Source: Bacillus subtilis subsp. subtilis str. 168 (GTDB lineage Bacteria > Bacillota > Bacilli > Bacillales > Bacillaceae). Taken from it: 64,000 nucleotides of DNA. Location: the NCBI RefSeq assembly GCF_000009045.1, contig NC_000964.3, forward strand, positions 2,046,001-2,110,000, written 5' to 3'. Position 1 is the stretch's first letter; every line of letters starts with the position of its first letter. The notes beneath the pieces were generated by a model that worked only from the letters and a program-made list of their open reading frames with translations, ran no database searches and was not told where the DNA came from. Shown here piece after piece: positions 22,401-34,354 of this stretch. The translations under genes were made by a program, and so were the position numbers.

Positions 22401-23029
22401 CGGACAAAATGATAAATTCTTTTATATGCGAGTAGAGGATATACTATAAAGAACAGTGCTAATAATATAGTCAGTCGTATTTGTTGCTGATCTTCAGTAC
22501 CGAGACTCCTTGAAACTAACGTCTCAGCATATATTCCTTTAAGTGCATCAGGTTTAAAAAGGTAGATGCCAACTATAATAAATGCAAAAAAGAAAATCAA
22601 ATTTATAATTATGCTCTTAGTCCTTATATGCTTAATTCTTTTAAACCTAGAAAAGGGAATGGTTCTATCGTGTACCCGGTATATCATTTGTTGCAAGATG
22701 CTTTTCTCTAACTTATTCTCCATATCATCCGTATCTGTGTTGAATGTAGCTAAGGATATATTTAAGAAACTATATTCCCTGCTGTATTGTTTTTGAAAGG
22801 TATTTAATATGCTACTTTTTCCAGACCCGTAGGGACCAGTTAGGGCGATATTTTTCACTTTTTTATTTTCTAACCCCCAACTTAGTGCTTTAGAATATTT
22901 TCCATCAGTGTCGACATCATTGCTAGGAGAAAGATCTTCAAAAAGGCTTTCTTCCTTAACATTAGGTTCTTTTAGTCTAATCAGAAGTTTCTCTAACCAC
23001 TGCACAAATTTTTTTTTGATTTCCCCCAA
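19424..23029 (-). CDS. yobI: KAP-family P-loop NTPase with two TM helices and a long C-terminal domain
   Basis: Walker A GPYGSGKSS, two TM segments, then Walker B VVIFEDLDRF and KFFDFIIPVIP. About 1200 aa and very AT-rich. Confidence 0.9.
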   Translation of the reverse strand: MGEIKKKFVQWLEKLLIRLKEPNVKEESLFEDLSPSNDVDTDGKYSKALSWGLENKKVKNIALTGPYGSGKSSILNTFQKQYSREYSFLNISLATFNTDTDDMENKLEKSILQQMIYRVHDRTIPFSRFKRIKHIRTKSIIINLIFFFAFIIVGIYLFKPDALKGIYAETLVSRSLGTEDQQQIRLTILLALFFIVYPLLAYKRIYHFVRANLKLNKVTIANTTLEKNTGEENSSIFDKYLDEILYFFEASKYNVVIFEDLDRFNNIGIFERLRELNELINNSEQIDRRVVFIYAIKDDIFGDADTEKLTRDRTKFFDFIIPVIPIINASNSGDILKKKIKHSPYSDLINTHFLEDVTIYIDDMRVLKNIFNEFVIYQQKLSAIDLDPNKMLAMIIYKNIYPVDFSKLQYNKGLVYEIFQKKQLIIEEQIKLINAKIQQLERKLANIEVESLKSIAELNFIYLSELEISNLNSNYDINIDGEVFRGNTSNKDRFFEKLKNADTIYCYLRNRNGPATIKEIATVFGRKPNYFEREDAIKAIEKNEIQKFKKELLELEREKQEIRAQSLQVLITKMNSKDVFSDKLYEKKLLVYLLRHGYIDEMYNHYITYFYPESLSLSDIKFVFSIKNHESLPYSFELDNIGKIMSKLVGAEFKQIEVLNFHLLNYIMDHSEYRNYYDSIIERLANGSKESVTFIDGFKERAINKAAFIQSISSKWDDFWSFIELRSNYTQQKKEEYLSDILTYADIADIIRMNKESVMSFTLSKYLNLLSLVSDEEKIKELLLKLQVKFKSLDHLLNSETIYDFVVQRNLYEINIKTLSVILNDAPNITYAAVKNSDQQAVINYVNDNIDIFVEKVLLTEEIEEPEESFLELLNREDLDKRVKHAMIMKKTFAISDIGELIKELWPIVIRENKMVACWSNVITSYVEYNKKMPDFLIAFLNNPVNRKELSKNNIEAFDDKFDEAILEDISEEIINSRDITDETFEVLIASIQSWIYFPLGNVSEKRAKLLIDNDLLSLTPENFKELKLNFDTLHIQLALRNPDEFIDKQGDFSLDANDIKQLIDSNELSQFNKEIFVQHLNSNCLTDGNNDILKDTIYFINEHNLKITNELLTFLLESPTTLDTRLSLLAGQIKHIDNESITEFLTKIGEPYSEIAEKGRRIKISNNRTNKALVTALESKNYISSFKEDRERLRVNTKKK

Positions 23030-23261
23030 AAAAAACAAATCCTTTCTAAACTTTCAGGTGTAATACGAATTAATAAAACTGGAGCAAAGAACTAAATAAA
23101 TGAGTATGTAGCAATGACAAATCATTTCTCTTCCATCTAATATAGTCCTTTATCGCCAGTTGAAATTCACTATTAATTGTAACATGAAAGGGCATTAAAA
23201 GTTTCTGAAAAAAAGATGATCAATAAACAACACAGCGCCCAATTACAGGACTGTTTCATAT

Positions 23262-23561
23262 TTAAATTGAATTTTTATAAGCATTAATTGCTTCATTTCG
23301 CAGCAGCATATTATCTTTGTTAACCATGCCTAAGTTGTAAGCTTTTTTGATAATATCTAATACCTGAGAATCTAACGCCGAAAGATTACCGCCTGGATTA
23401 AATCTTGATTTCCAATAATCTAAAGAATTATTTAGGTCAAGTGAGCTTTTTTTGTTCTCGGGTTTAACTACTTCATTTTTCTCAAGTGTTTCACAGAATT
23501 CACTAAAACCAATGGATCTACTGGGAGCTGAGTTATTTCCCCCGTATCCTTCTGTAGCCAA
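23262..23561 (-). pseudogene. yoyA: Orphan gene fragment
   Basis: Open frame continues upstream (YDPKFLAFCS) to a TGA with no RBS or start. Symbol from recalled position only. Confidence 0.45.
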
Positions 23562-23882
23562 GCTGCAAAATGCTAAGAATTTTGGATCATAAATAAGATC
23601 GCTTCAGTTTACATTTACCACTGATAATCACAATCCTCTCAAAGCTTTTTATAATTGTAGCACCTTTTCCATTTTTACACATATTAAATATCGACAATCA
23701 TTCAAATGATTTAATAATTGAATACAAAAAAGAACCTGCATTTTGCAAGTTCCTTTCACGTTGTCAATATATTGTGAATTTTTAACGACAAGGGCATTTA
23801 TGTATAGTATGATATTTCCTGTACAGTAAGTTTTGCTCACTCGAGGGAGTCTTGCTCATCCCCTAATGAAAGGGGTGATGCT

Positions 23883-23975
23883 ATGTCAACATTCCAGGCA
23901 TTAATGCTAATGCTTGCAATCGGGTCGTTTATAATCGCCCTATTGACGTATATAGAAAAAATAGACCTCCCTTGA
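23883..23975 (+). CDS. bsrE: Type I toxin, 30 aa
   Basis: MSTFQALMLMLAIGSFIIALLTYIEKIDLP*. SD AGGGG is paired with CCCT upstream (23857-23880). Terminator near 24046-24085. Confidence 0.92.
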   Translation: MSTFQALMLMLAIGSFIIALLTYIEKIDLP

Positions 23976-24128
23976 GCCTCAGAACCTGAAGGGATAGGCC
24001 TACCTAGAACCACATCGAGCAAGCCCTTTGATGGGCAACTTTTTGTACAGAGCCGGGGTGTTGGTAGCACCTCGGTCTTTTTTATTTTATGCATTTCTCA
24101 TTAAAGAAATGCACTGTAATGTATTGTA
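23966..24128 (-). ncRNA. SR5 antitoxin RNA (antisense to bsrE); ends approximate
   Basis: Minus-strand TG-T-TATAAT at 24135-24143 pointing into the bsrE 3' end. Known bsrE/SR5 architecture. Confidence 0.7.
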
Positions 24129-24243
24129 AAACTGATTATAACACATTTTCCGTGAAATGCATTACAATAAACCTCAAGAGACTTGGAAAGCTTTTTTATT
24201 GTTTCTTGTAACGTTATAATGATCTAAAATAGCGCACAAGCCT

Positions 24244-25086
24244 TTATACATCTTCATCATTTCTTACTCTTCTAGCTCGTCTTTCAACATTCCAATTCCC
24301 AATCTTTCCCCAGACATTCTTGTTAGTCCATTTCCCTAGCTTAGTTTTATCAAACCATTCCTGAAACAAAGATATTTCATCTTTCCTTTGCATTGTATCT
24401 TTTAAAAGGAAATAATGTATTATCCAAAAGATATAAAGAGCTGAACAAGAAAGTCCAAAAATAAGTTTATTTACCTCTAACCAATTTCCTAAAACTTGTT
24501 CGCCTAAATATTTATCATATAGAAGGGGTATAAAAGCAAATGCTGAAGCACCGACAAAAAAAGCTAGAGTTTCTTTAAACCATCTAACAAAAACAAAAAC
24601 AGCGCTTAAAATATAATTCGTTCTAAAAAGAACTTTATACCAATTATAATTCTTGTTTAGAGTAACAAATATACTTCTATATTCTTTATTAACTGCTTGA
24701 TCTAACATTCTCATTTTATAAAATAATTTTTTCCTATTCTCGCTGTTCTTGTTTAAAATATACTCTCTGAAACAATCTTCTGTATTCAAAATTTGATCTA
24801 TCAATAAGATGTTTCTAAGTTTTGATAGCTTCCCCTTTTTCCCACTATATTCTTCGAAAAATTTTTCTATAAGGACCATTTTATGGTTTTCATCTTCTTC
24901 ATTCTTTATTTCTTTTAGGGAATAATACATAGGCTCTAAAATTTTTTCTAATGTTTCACCTGATTGAGAGTAGAATCGTTCTATACTTTTTTGTCTTTGA
25001 TTGAATAGCAATGCAACTATACCCGTAATTACTGCAGTAAGAATACCATTTTGTTGTATCCAATTCCAAATATCTAATAACTCCAA
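24244..25086 (-). CDS. yobJ: Membrane protein of unknown function
   Basis: N-terminal TM plus 2-3 C-terminal TM segments. RBS GGGGAG, TTG start. Confidence 0.8.
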   Translation of the reverse strand: MELLDIWNWIQQNGILTAVITGIVALLFNQRQKSIERFYSQSGETLEKILEPMYYSLKEIKNEEDENHKMVLIEKFFEEYSGKKGKLSKLRNILLIDQILNTEDCFREYILNKNSENRKKLFYKMRMLDQAVNKEYRSIFVTLNKNYNWYKVLFRTNYILSAVFVFVRWFKETLAFFVGASAFAFIPLLYDKYLGEQVLGNWLEVNKLIFGLSCSALYIFWIIHYFLLKDTMQRKDEISLFQEWFDKTKLGKWTNKNVWGKIGNWNVERRARRVRNDEDV

Positions 25087-25196
25087 TTAAGCTTCTCCCC
25101 TTCTCTCTGAATTTACTTTTAATACGGGCTAAAATAAAAAAGGTTTCATATAAAACGGGACTAGAAAACTTCTGTCACTTTAATTATTTAATCCAA

Positions 25197-25229
25197 TAAA
25201 ATAAGCTCTCATTGCGAGAGCTTATTTTA
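25197..25229. terminator. Terminator after yobK
   Basis: 14-bp stem TAAAATAAGCTCTC/GAGAGCTTATTTTA. Confidence 0.8.
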
Positions 25230-25285
25230 TTTAGATTGAGGATGTGCAACTCAAGCCTTCTATTGCGCTATAGCAATACTTTTGC

Positions 25286-25744
25286 TTAATCGTCCCAGTC
25301 TTCATCCTCATCCCAGTCATCTTTCGCTTCCTGAATCTTATTATAAAAAAATTCAATAAAGCTGTCTGCAACAGTATCTTGATAACCAATTACCCTATCC
25401 CATTCAACTACAGGGCATTCTCCGTCTTTCATTTTATTTGTATCTAGACAGTAAGCAAAGTAATCAACATCTTCAATAACCACAAGTCCATCAGTAAGGC
25501 CATAGTGTTCTTTATATTCATTAGTTCTATTTACAACTGATGCATGATCAAAGTTGTAGCCTAAAACCAAAACGCCGAATAAACCACCAGCACCGTATTT
25601 TTCTAAAAACCATTTATAACTGTTGGGGAGATCGCATTGGAGGTTTTCTTCAATGCGACCAATGTTTTCATGACTTGCACCTTCTGTAAATATAGCATTT
25701 TGTTTATTTTCATTAATAAAGTTCTCAACCTTCGAATAAATCAT
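25286..25744 (-). CDS. yobK: SMI1/KNR4 (SUKH) immunity protein
   Basis: [15 protein letters not shown]...[12 protein letters not shown]...ECPVVEW. Starts 9 bp after the yobL stop. Confidence 0.92.
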
Positions 25745-25753
25745 ATAAACACC

Positions 25754-27574
<1,821 letters not shown>

Positions 27575-27657
27575 CTACTTCTATGTAAATTTTACCACAG
27601 TAATCTAATTGAATAACAGAAAAAGACAGCCAAAATGACTGTCTTATACATCACACA

Positions 27658-28215
27658 CTATCTTGTTCTATAATAATTTTCTGCGGTATAGTAGCGCCAA
27701 TCCCAAAAAGGTTCCCCATTGGCCAATATATACCGGTCTAAAAATTTTTCAAAGTTTAAATTTAATGGATTATATTCTAAACCACTTTCAAATATATAGA
27801 GATAGTTGGGATCACCTTGGTTCACTTTATCTTTATCGATCATTAAATGGCATTCTTCCAATAAGTAGCCAATTGGAATACCATTGATATCTTCAAACAA
27901 ATCTTCATATTTTAACTCCTCTTCAATCTCTTCAAGGCTAAATAGCTGAAGTCCTCCACCTATATTCTCCCCATCAGAAAGAATCTCAAAAATTTTCGCA
28001 CCGTTATGTAGTGTCATGAACTTCTGATAATCCTGTGGAAGGGTAAGCTGGTGTTTAGCCTCAAAGCTTTGAATGTCATTCAGGGTTGCTTTGTCCTGTG
28101 AAAAAGTAACAAGGAACTCCATGATATCACCTTCTGAACAAAACAATTTAATGGCTCCTTTTTCGTCTAAAAGACTTTTCAAGCCATTTACAGTCTTATG
28201 AACAAAGTTAGTCAC
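27658..28215 (-). CDS. yobM: SMI1/KNR4-domain protein
   Basis: [17 protein letters not shown] and FEKFLDRY motifs. GTG start 8 nt after AAAGGGG. Confidence 0.85.
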   Translation of the reverse strand: MTNFVHKTVNGLKSLLDEKGAIKLFCSEGDIMEFLVTFSQDKATLNDIQSFEAKHQLTLPQDYQKFMTLHNGAKIFEILSDGENIGGGLQLFSLEEIEEELKYEDLFEDINGIPIGYLLEECHLMIDKDKVNQGDPNYLYIFESGLEYNPLNLNFEKFLDRYILANGEPFWDWRYYTAENYYRTR

Positions 28216-28342
28216 ATACATCACCCCTTTATTTCCTTTTAACAATAACCTTTCAAATTCCAAAAGATGTGAACAGATCGTGATAGGTGCTCTTTTCAGT
28301 GAATATAATGCAATAAATTCTAAAAAGAGGTGCCTCCAAAAA

Positions 28343-29779
28343 TTGAATTCTCTAATGAATGATGACATGGTAAAGATCATTAGAAATGGCCTTAGCGCAT
28401 CGCAGCATCCAAAGCACATTCTTGTTATAGGAGCTGGATTGTCCGGGCTTGTATCAGCATCTTTGTTGAAAAATGCCGGTCACAGAGTAACGATTCTCGA
28501 AGCGAGCGGCAGAGCGGGCGGCCGTGTCTGCACTTTGAGATCTCCCTTTAGTGATGATTTGTATTTCAACGCTGGCCCGATGCGCATACCGAATAACCAT
28601 TCGTTAACCTTAGAATATATCAAAAAATTCAAATTGCCAACAAATGTATTTATCAACAGAACCCCGATGGACATCATTTATGCAAATGGAATCAAAACAC
28701 GTCTCCAAGTTTTTGAACGAGCTCCTGGAATATTGAGATATCCAGTTGCACCAAATGAACAAGGGAAAACGTCTGAAGAGCTGATGCTTTCTTTACTGCA
28801 GCCTATTCTAAATTTTATCAATCAAAATCCAGCAAGAAATTGGCGGATTGTCGAAGAACAATACAAAAATCATTCGTTAAGCTCTTTTTTAAACACGTAT
28901 TTTTCATATGGCGCGATCGATATGATCGGTGTACTTTTGGATATGGAAGCGTATATGGGGATGTCCCTTGTTGAAGTATTGCGGGAATCTATCTTTTTTT
29001 CATCCCCCGCTCACTTCTATGAGATAACTGGCGGTATGGATCTGCTGCCTCACGCGTTTCTTCCTCAATTAAAAACAAACATTCTATACCATCAAAAAAT
29101 GATGAAAATGTCTCAGGGTGAAAATCGTGTTACGATCCATTGTCAGCATCAACAAACGGCAGAATTCACATCATTCACAGCTGATCTCGCTATTGTAACC
29201 ATTCCTTTTTCAACATTGCGATTTGTAAAAGTCGAACCATACCATTCATTCTCTTACTATAAACGGAGGGCCATCCGTGAGCTAAACTATATCAGTGCAA
29301 CAAAAATCGGCATAGAGTTTAAAAGCCGATTTTGGGAAAAAGCCGGTCAGCACGGCGGCAAATCTATTACTGATCTTCCGATTCGTTTTTCATATTATCC
29401 AAGCAGAAATATTGGAGCAAATGGACATGCTGTCATTCTGGCCAGCTATACATGGGCCGATGAGGCACTGATATGGGACAGTCTTTCAGAAGGAGAGCGA
29501 ATCCAGTATACTTTACTGAATTTATCTGAAATCTATGGTGATATTGTGTGGTCTGAATTTGTGTCTGGCACTTCTTTTAGCTGGAGCCAGTACCCGTATT
29601 CTGCGGGAGGTTTTACAGCTTTCGAACCAGGACAAGAATTAGAGCTGTATCCCTATATTCCTGTCCCTGAGGGCAGAGTTCATTTCGCCGGAGAACACGC
29701 CTCACTCACTCATGCGTGGATGCAAGGCGCGATTGAATCTGGAATACGTGTTGCTTATGAGGTCAATCGCTTACCTTAG
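28343..29779 (+). CDS. yobN: Flavin monoamine oxidase / L-amino-acid oxidase family
   Basis: [24 protein letters not shown] and FAGEH...WMQGAIESG motifs. Confidence 0.92.
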   Translation: MNSLMNDDMVKIIRNGLSASQHPKHILVIGAGLSGLVSASLLKNAGHRVTILEASGRAGGRVCTLRSPFSDDLYFNAGPMRIPNNHSLTLEYIKKFKLPTNVFINRTPMDIIYANGIKTRLQVFERAPGILRYPVAPNEQGKTSEELMLSLLQPILNFINQNPARNWRIVEEQYKNHSLSSFLNTYFSYGAIDMIGVLLDMEAYMGMSLVEVLRESIFFSSPAHFYEITGGMDLLPHAFLPQLKTNILYHQKMMKMSQGENRVTIHCQHQQTAEFTSFTADLAIVTIPFSTLRFVKVEPYHSFSYYKRRAIRELNYISATKIGIEFKSRFWEKAGQHGGKSITDLPIRFSYYPSRNIGANGHAVILASYTWADEALIWDSLSEGERIQYTLLNLSEIYGDIVWSEFVSGTSFSWSQYPYSAGGFTAFEPGQELELYPYIPVPEGRVHFAGEHASLTHAWMQGAIESGIRVAYEVNRLP

Positions 29780-30205
29780 ATCATGCTCACATCTTGTTAA
29801 AACTGGTTGATATAAAAAGAAGTGAAGAATTTATACTCCTTTGTTTAAAAGATTAATTCAAATATGGGATGTCTCAACATTCGGTTCTTTATTATCTTTA
29901 TACACGTTTTGAATGCGGACCTCCCTTTTCTTCCATAATCATTAATAAATACCCAACCATAGGAAACGTTTTAATTAACCATCGGGCGAACTTTCTTTCA
30001 CTGTATAACGATTCTTAATGTTGCTTTTTATCCTTTACTTGTCCTCTCTTTTTTTCATTGACTTACATTTCTTGAAAACCAGTATAAATCCTAAAGGAAT
30101 TTTGTAACAAATACAGAATTGGAAAGAGAAGCGCCAAAAGAAATGCTAACTCCTTATCTCAAAGACAAAACTGCGCTTATATTAAAAGAAAGAGGTGTCT
30201 TTAGA

Positions 30206-32626
30206 ATGGTTCATTTTAAAAACTGCCCTGATCCTTCTCTAAACGCCAATTCTCAGTCTCACCCCGAATTTTCATCCGAATTAGAACATATTAAGACAAG
30301 AATGCAAAACTTTATTAAGCACTCGGTTACAGACCAAAATATCGAAGTTACTGACGCAAGGGTGACGGCCGAAGGAGAGGTCACCTCTCTTTTAAAAGAA
30401 CGTCTCGACAAGGAATATTATAGGCTTTTATCTAAAATCACCCGGGAAGTAAATGTGGCTGACTTCGGCGCTGTTCCAGATGGAAGAGACAATACTGAAG
30501 CTTTTCGAAAAGCAATCGGGAATGGCCGAGTCAAAGTACATGTTCCAGCGGGAGAATACCTCGTTCAAGGGATTAAACTTCCATCTTGGACAACAATTGT
30601 TGGACAAGGTAAAGGGATCACAGTGATTAAATTGCATGAAGACACTCCAGCGCATGAATGGGTGATTACAAATGATGATTATCAAAATGGAAATCGCAAT
30701 ATTTTTGTCCAAGGAATGTCATTAGACTGGAATCCAAGTAGACAATGCGGTGTGAGAAATCCAGGGGGACAGTTCTCCAGTTGTTTAACTTTTGCTAAGG
30801 TTGAATATGGGTGGATCAAAGATGTGGAAGCGATTAACGCAGGTCTTCATGGTATTGATATTACATCGCCAACGTATGACCATTTGCCTGATACCGATTG
30901 GACAAAAGACGGATCAAGATATATTTGGATCGATAACTGTGTGACATATGGTTCAGGAGACGACGGCATTACCACCCATTATAGCGAATACATCTTTATT
31001 TCAAACTGCCATTCAGGAAATCCGCGGGGAACAGAATTTGCTGAAGGTGTTTCAAACTCCAACGGAATAGAAATTGACGACGGCTCTAGGCATGTGTGGC
31101 TTTTGAATAACTTTACAAGCGGCAACATCCGCGGAGTTGAAGTAAAAGCCCATGAACTGTGGCCAGCCTCTCAAAACGTCCATATCATAGGCCATATTTC
31201 TTATCGCGATGTTCGTGCATTTGATCTTCGTCATATTGGTCACCATCAAATTACAGATCCTGAAAGCACAACAGCATACGATGTCACACTCATTGATTGT
31301 TCAGCAGTTGAACCAGTTTTCAACTCGCTTTACGATGCTGTGACCCCAAGAGCGCTGGTTATTTCGGCATATAAAAACGTTAATGTAAGCGGATTCACAG
31401 CGATTGGTGATCCAGACTATGATTATAAAGAAAACCCTGTCGTAGCCTTGCAATATCGCAGCCAAAATATAACCATTAATGGTATTAAAATTCGCGGTTT
31501 TAAAAAAGCCGGTGTTGATATTAATTTATCAGGCGGATCAAATAAAACTGATTATATTAAAATTTCAAATTTTGATATTTATAAATCTGCTCCAAAAGGA
31601 ATTTCAATCGGTGGAGGCCTCTACAATGTCAATATTCTAAATGGAACGATGATTACTGACAATGGGACAGTTGCAATTCAGTCCCCCAATAATCAGGCCA
31701 CAATTCTCGGTGTACAATCAGAAGGTTATAGTGTGGCAGCCTCAATCAAAGGCCAAACATACCAACAAGTTCCAATCAATTTGAAAGGAGGCATACAGCT
31801 TGCAACGACCTCTGGCTTTGCCGTTAACCAAACAAGCGCAGTTATAGCAGGTACCGGCGACATTACGGCCCGCGGAGAAAGAAATGCGGTCATTAGCTCT
31901 TCTGGAGGCTCCAGTACTGAAGGCTCTCGCGCATTAATCGCTTCTTCAAATAACGCACATATTAGAGGAAACCAAGCGTCAAGAACAATACTGTCTTCTG
32001 AAAATATTATACTTGAGGAACCATACACCGTGGCAGGAGGTCATCAATCAATAAAGTGGCTTCTTGACTCTGTTCGGGGAAACGGGACGTTTGCCGGTGC
32101 AATCAGTTCTTCTTTAGGTGGATATGGAGAGTATTTTGAGAGTTCAACTGGACAGTTAATCCATACTGGTACAATCGTGACTTTAAGAGGTGAAAAAATT
32201 GTGCCCGCGAATGTTGGAGATTATATGCTTGGCGTTATTTCAGAAACTTCAGCTTTCATTTCAGGAGCCTCCAGTTTCGTCTGGCAGGGCCGTTATTTGA
32301 CAAATGAGTTCGGCGGATTTATTTATGAAACGGTGACTGATGAGGAAAGCGGTGAACTCATACGTGTTCCCAAACAAAATCCAGACTACGATACAGCGCT
32401 GGAGGCAAATTATCATTCACGGGCAGCAAGAGACGAATGGCACGTTGTAGGGTTGGTTGGCCAACATTATGTGCGTATTGACGAAACTGTCAATCAAGGA
32501 GATTATCTTACGGCACATAATGGAATAGGAACAAAAGCCACTGAAGGAAGCTGGAAAGTAATGAAAATAACCTCTGCTTACACATCAGAAAAAGGGTATG
32601 GTATCGCTCTAACCGTCATCAAATAG
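30206..32626 (+). CDS. yobO: Phage tailspike/pre-neck appendage-like beta-helix protein with C-terminal chaperone domain
   Basis: VNVADFGAVPDG..NTEAFRKAI beta-helix start. C-terminal GYGEYFES...G.IVTL.GEKI...WHVVGLVGQ resembles the phi29 gp12 chaperone (peptidase G2). Confidence 0.85.
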   Translation: MVHFKNCPDPSLNANSQSHPEFSSELEHIKTRMQNFIKHSVTDQNIEVTDARVTAEGEVTSLLKERLDKEYYRLLSKITREVNVADFGAVPDGRDNTEAFRKAIGNGRVKVHVPAGEYLVQGIKLPSWTTIVGQGKGITVIKLHEDTPAHEWVITNDDYQNGNRNIFVQGMSLDWNPSRQCGVRNPGGQFSSCLTFAKVEYGWIKDVEAINAGLHGIDITSPTYDHLPDTDWTKDGSRYIWIDNCVTYGSGDDGITTHYSEYIFISNCHSGNPRGTEFAEGVSNSNGIEIDDGSRHVWLLNNFTSGNIRGVEVKAHELWPASQNVHIIGHISYRDVRAFDLRHIGHHQITDPESTTAYDVTLIDCSAVEPVFNSLYDAVTPRALVISAYKNVNVSGFTAIGDPDYDYKENPVVALQYRSQNITINGIKIRGFKKAGVDINLSGGSNKTDYIKISNFDIYKSAPKGISIGGGLYNVNILNGTMITDNGTVAIQSPNNQATILGVQSEGYSVAASIKGQTYQQVPINLKGGIQLATTSGFAVNQTSAVIAGTGDITARGERNAVISSSGGSSTEGSRALIASSNNAHIRGNQASRTILSSENIILEEPYTVAGGHQSIKWLLDSVRGNGTFAGAISSSLGGYGEYFESSTGQLIHTGTIVTLRGEKIVPANVGDYMLGVISETSAFISGASSFVWQGRYLTNEFGGFIYETVTDEESGELIRVPKQNPDYDTALEANYHSRAARDEWHVVGLVGQHYVRIDETVNQGDYLTAHNGIGTKATEGSWKVMKITSAYTSEKGYGIALTVIK

Positions 32627-33059
32627 TGGATACGCCGACCAGTTCAATATATGTTTATCCAAATAATTAGATCTCTTTTCTAGGTTCTTTATTCCTTGTA
32701 TGTTATTATCAATTTTCAATATCTACCAAAATACCCCTAATATACTATCGTAATTAACTTATATTATAATCAAAAAAATTTTGACAGCTGTTCCTTCTCG
32801 TTATTCATGAAAGTTGCTATTGAAATGAGTAAATGGATATCATATTAGACTTCTATAGCAAATACACCATATATATCCTTTAAGTATTTACAAATTGAAA
32901 ATGTTTCATGAGGCTTATTAAAAGTATTGTTCTTTTATCATCTGTAAGTCGATACAAACTGCATTAAGATCACACCTAAATCTCACTGAGTTTTTTCTTA
33001 CAAATAAAATGAAAACCCTTTCCATTCTAAATTCATTTCACCGTTACTAAAAGTAATCC

Positions 33060-33088
33060 TTGCATTCCTTCGCCCTCCATGCTATATT
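33060..33088 (+). promoter_or_regulatory. Sigma-A promoter of the small RNA
   Basis: TTGCAT, 17 bp, TG-C-TATATT. Confidence 0.8.
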
Positions 33089-33094
33089 CATATA

Positions 33095-33210
33095 GCGATG
33101 AGCTGAATTGTGTAAGCCGATGTACATGCCTTTACGGCACACACGAATGTGGCGTGTGGTGCATCGCCTCAATACGCAAAGACGTTTGCCTTAGGCAAAC
33201 GTCTTTTTTT
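33095..33210 (+). ncRNA. bsrF: BsrF small RNA (~115 nt)
   Basis: Promoter plus terminator AAAGACGTTTGCC-tta-GGCAAACGTCTTT-T run define ~115 nt. Location matches recalled bsrF (yobO-csaA). Confidence 0.8.
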
Positions 33211-33213
33211 GCG

Positions 33214-33546
33214 TTATCCGATTTTTGTGCCGTTTGGGACAGGCTGATCCGGCTGCAAAAGGACGACGTCGCCCTGGCCGGGTATGCCGCCGAGGACCAA
33301 GACTTCCGATTTAAATCCGGCGATCCGGCGGGGCGGAAAGTTCACGACTGCTATGACTTGCTTGTTGATGAGACCTTCCGGCTTGTAACGCTTCGTGATT
33401 TGTGCGCTCGATTGTTTTATGCCGATTTCAGTCCCAAAATCTATCACAAGCTTGATTGCCGGTACTCTTGCTTCAGGAAATTCTTCCGCTTTTACAATTG
33501 TTCCCGTTCTGATATCCAATTTCTCAAAGTCATCAATAACTGCCAT
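33214..33546 (-). CDS. csaA: tRNA-binding-fold secretion chaperone
   Basis: [10 protein letters not shown]...SSAQIT...[20 protein letters not shown]. Confidence 0.95.
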
Positions 33547-33610
33547 ATCAATAACTCCTTTTTCTCCTATTGTAAAGGAGATATACAATATTCTTTTAAC
33601 TAAAGAGCCA

Positions 33611-34354
33611 TCATTTTTTATCCGAATATAAGGTGTTTCGATACAGGCGGGGCGGCATTCCTGTGCTTTTCGTGAACCATCTTGTAAAAGAAGAAAGGTT
33701 TTGAAAGCCCAGCGCCTCGCTCACGACGGTAAGAGTTTCATTTCTCTCCATCAGCATTCTTTTTGCTTCCTCAAGGCGAAGGTCGGCAATATAGTTCTGC
33801 GGGGACTTCCCTGTCTGTTTTTTGAACCAGCTTGAATAGTAAGCTGGGTGATAATGCTCGATTTCTGCCAGCTTCTTAATCGTCAGCCGCTCAAATAAAT
33901 GGCTGTGAATGTATGCAATTGAGGCATAGCTATGGGATTGAAGCTTTTCTTTTATGTATTGTACTAGCATATGAAGCGAGTTGGCTGTTCCGGCCTTTGC
34001 TTCCTCTGTCAGCAAGTACCTGATCGAAGACCAGAAAGGATCGAGGGCAGCTTCAATTCCTGATCCTGCACGATACTCATCAATTTTCATTGCATGAAGC
34101 GGAACATCCAGTACAAGACATTCATTTCTTCCGATAGAACGGAAGCGATGCTCGCACTGCGGCGGAATATATAAAAAATGATCCGGATTTAATTTCACCT
34201 GGCGCCCCTCAGTCTCAAGATCAATACTCCCTTCAAGCGGAAAAAGAAATTGGCTGTACGCGTGCTTATGTGAATGATATAGCCGTGTGTATGTCCGTTT
34301 TTCGCAAATTATCTCTTGAAGCGAGTCCATTAGCAAACCCCTTCCTTTGGTCAT
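33611..34354 (-). CDS. yobQ: AraC-family regulator with cupin domain
   Basis: [13 protein letters not shown] cupin. C-terminal [16 protein letters not shown]. Confidence 0.9.
   Translation of the reverse strand: MTKGRGLLMDSLQEIICEKRTYTRLYHSHKHAYSQFLFPLEGSIDLETEGRQVKLNPDHFLYIPPQCEHRFRSIGRNECLVLDVPLHAMKIDEYRAGSGIEAALDPFWSSIRYLLTEEAKAGTANSLHMLVQYIKEKLQSHSYASIAYIHSHLFERLTIKKLAEIEHYHPAYYSSWFKKQTGKSPQNYIADLRLEEAKRMLMERNETLTVVSEALGFQNLSSFTRWFTKSTGMPPRLYRNTLYSDKK

Noticed and set aside
23649-24094. 63-aa and 85-aa minus-strand ORFs
   Set aside because: They overlap bsrE/SR5 and its promoter region. Explained by the TA locus.
27658-28419. 253-aa version of yobM overlapping yobN
   Set aside because: The RBS supports GTG 28215. 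The extension is antisense to the yobN start.
33079-33603. 174-aa plus-strand ORF
   Set aside because: It runs through the bsrF terminator and is antisense to csaA.
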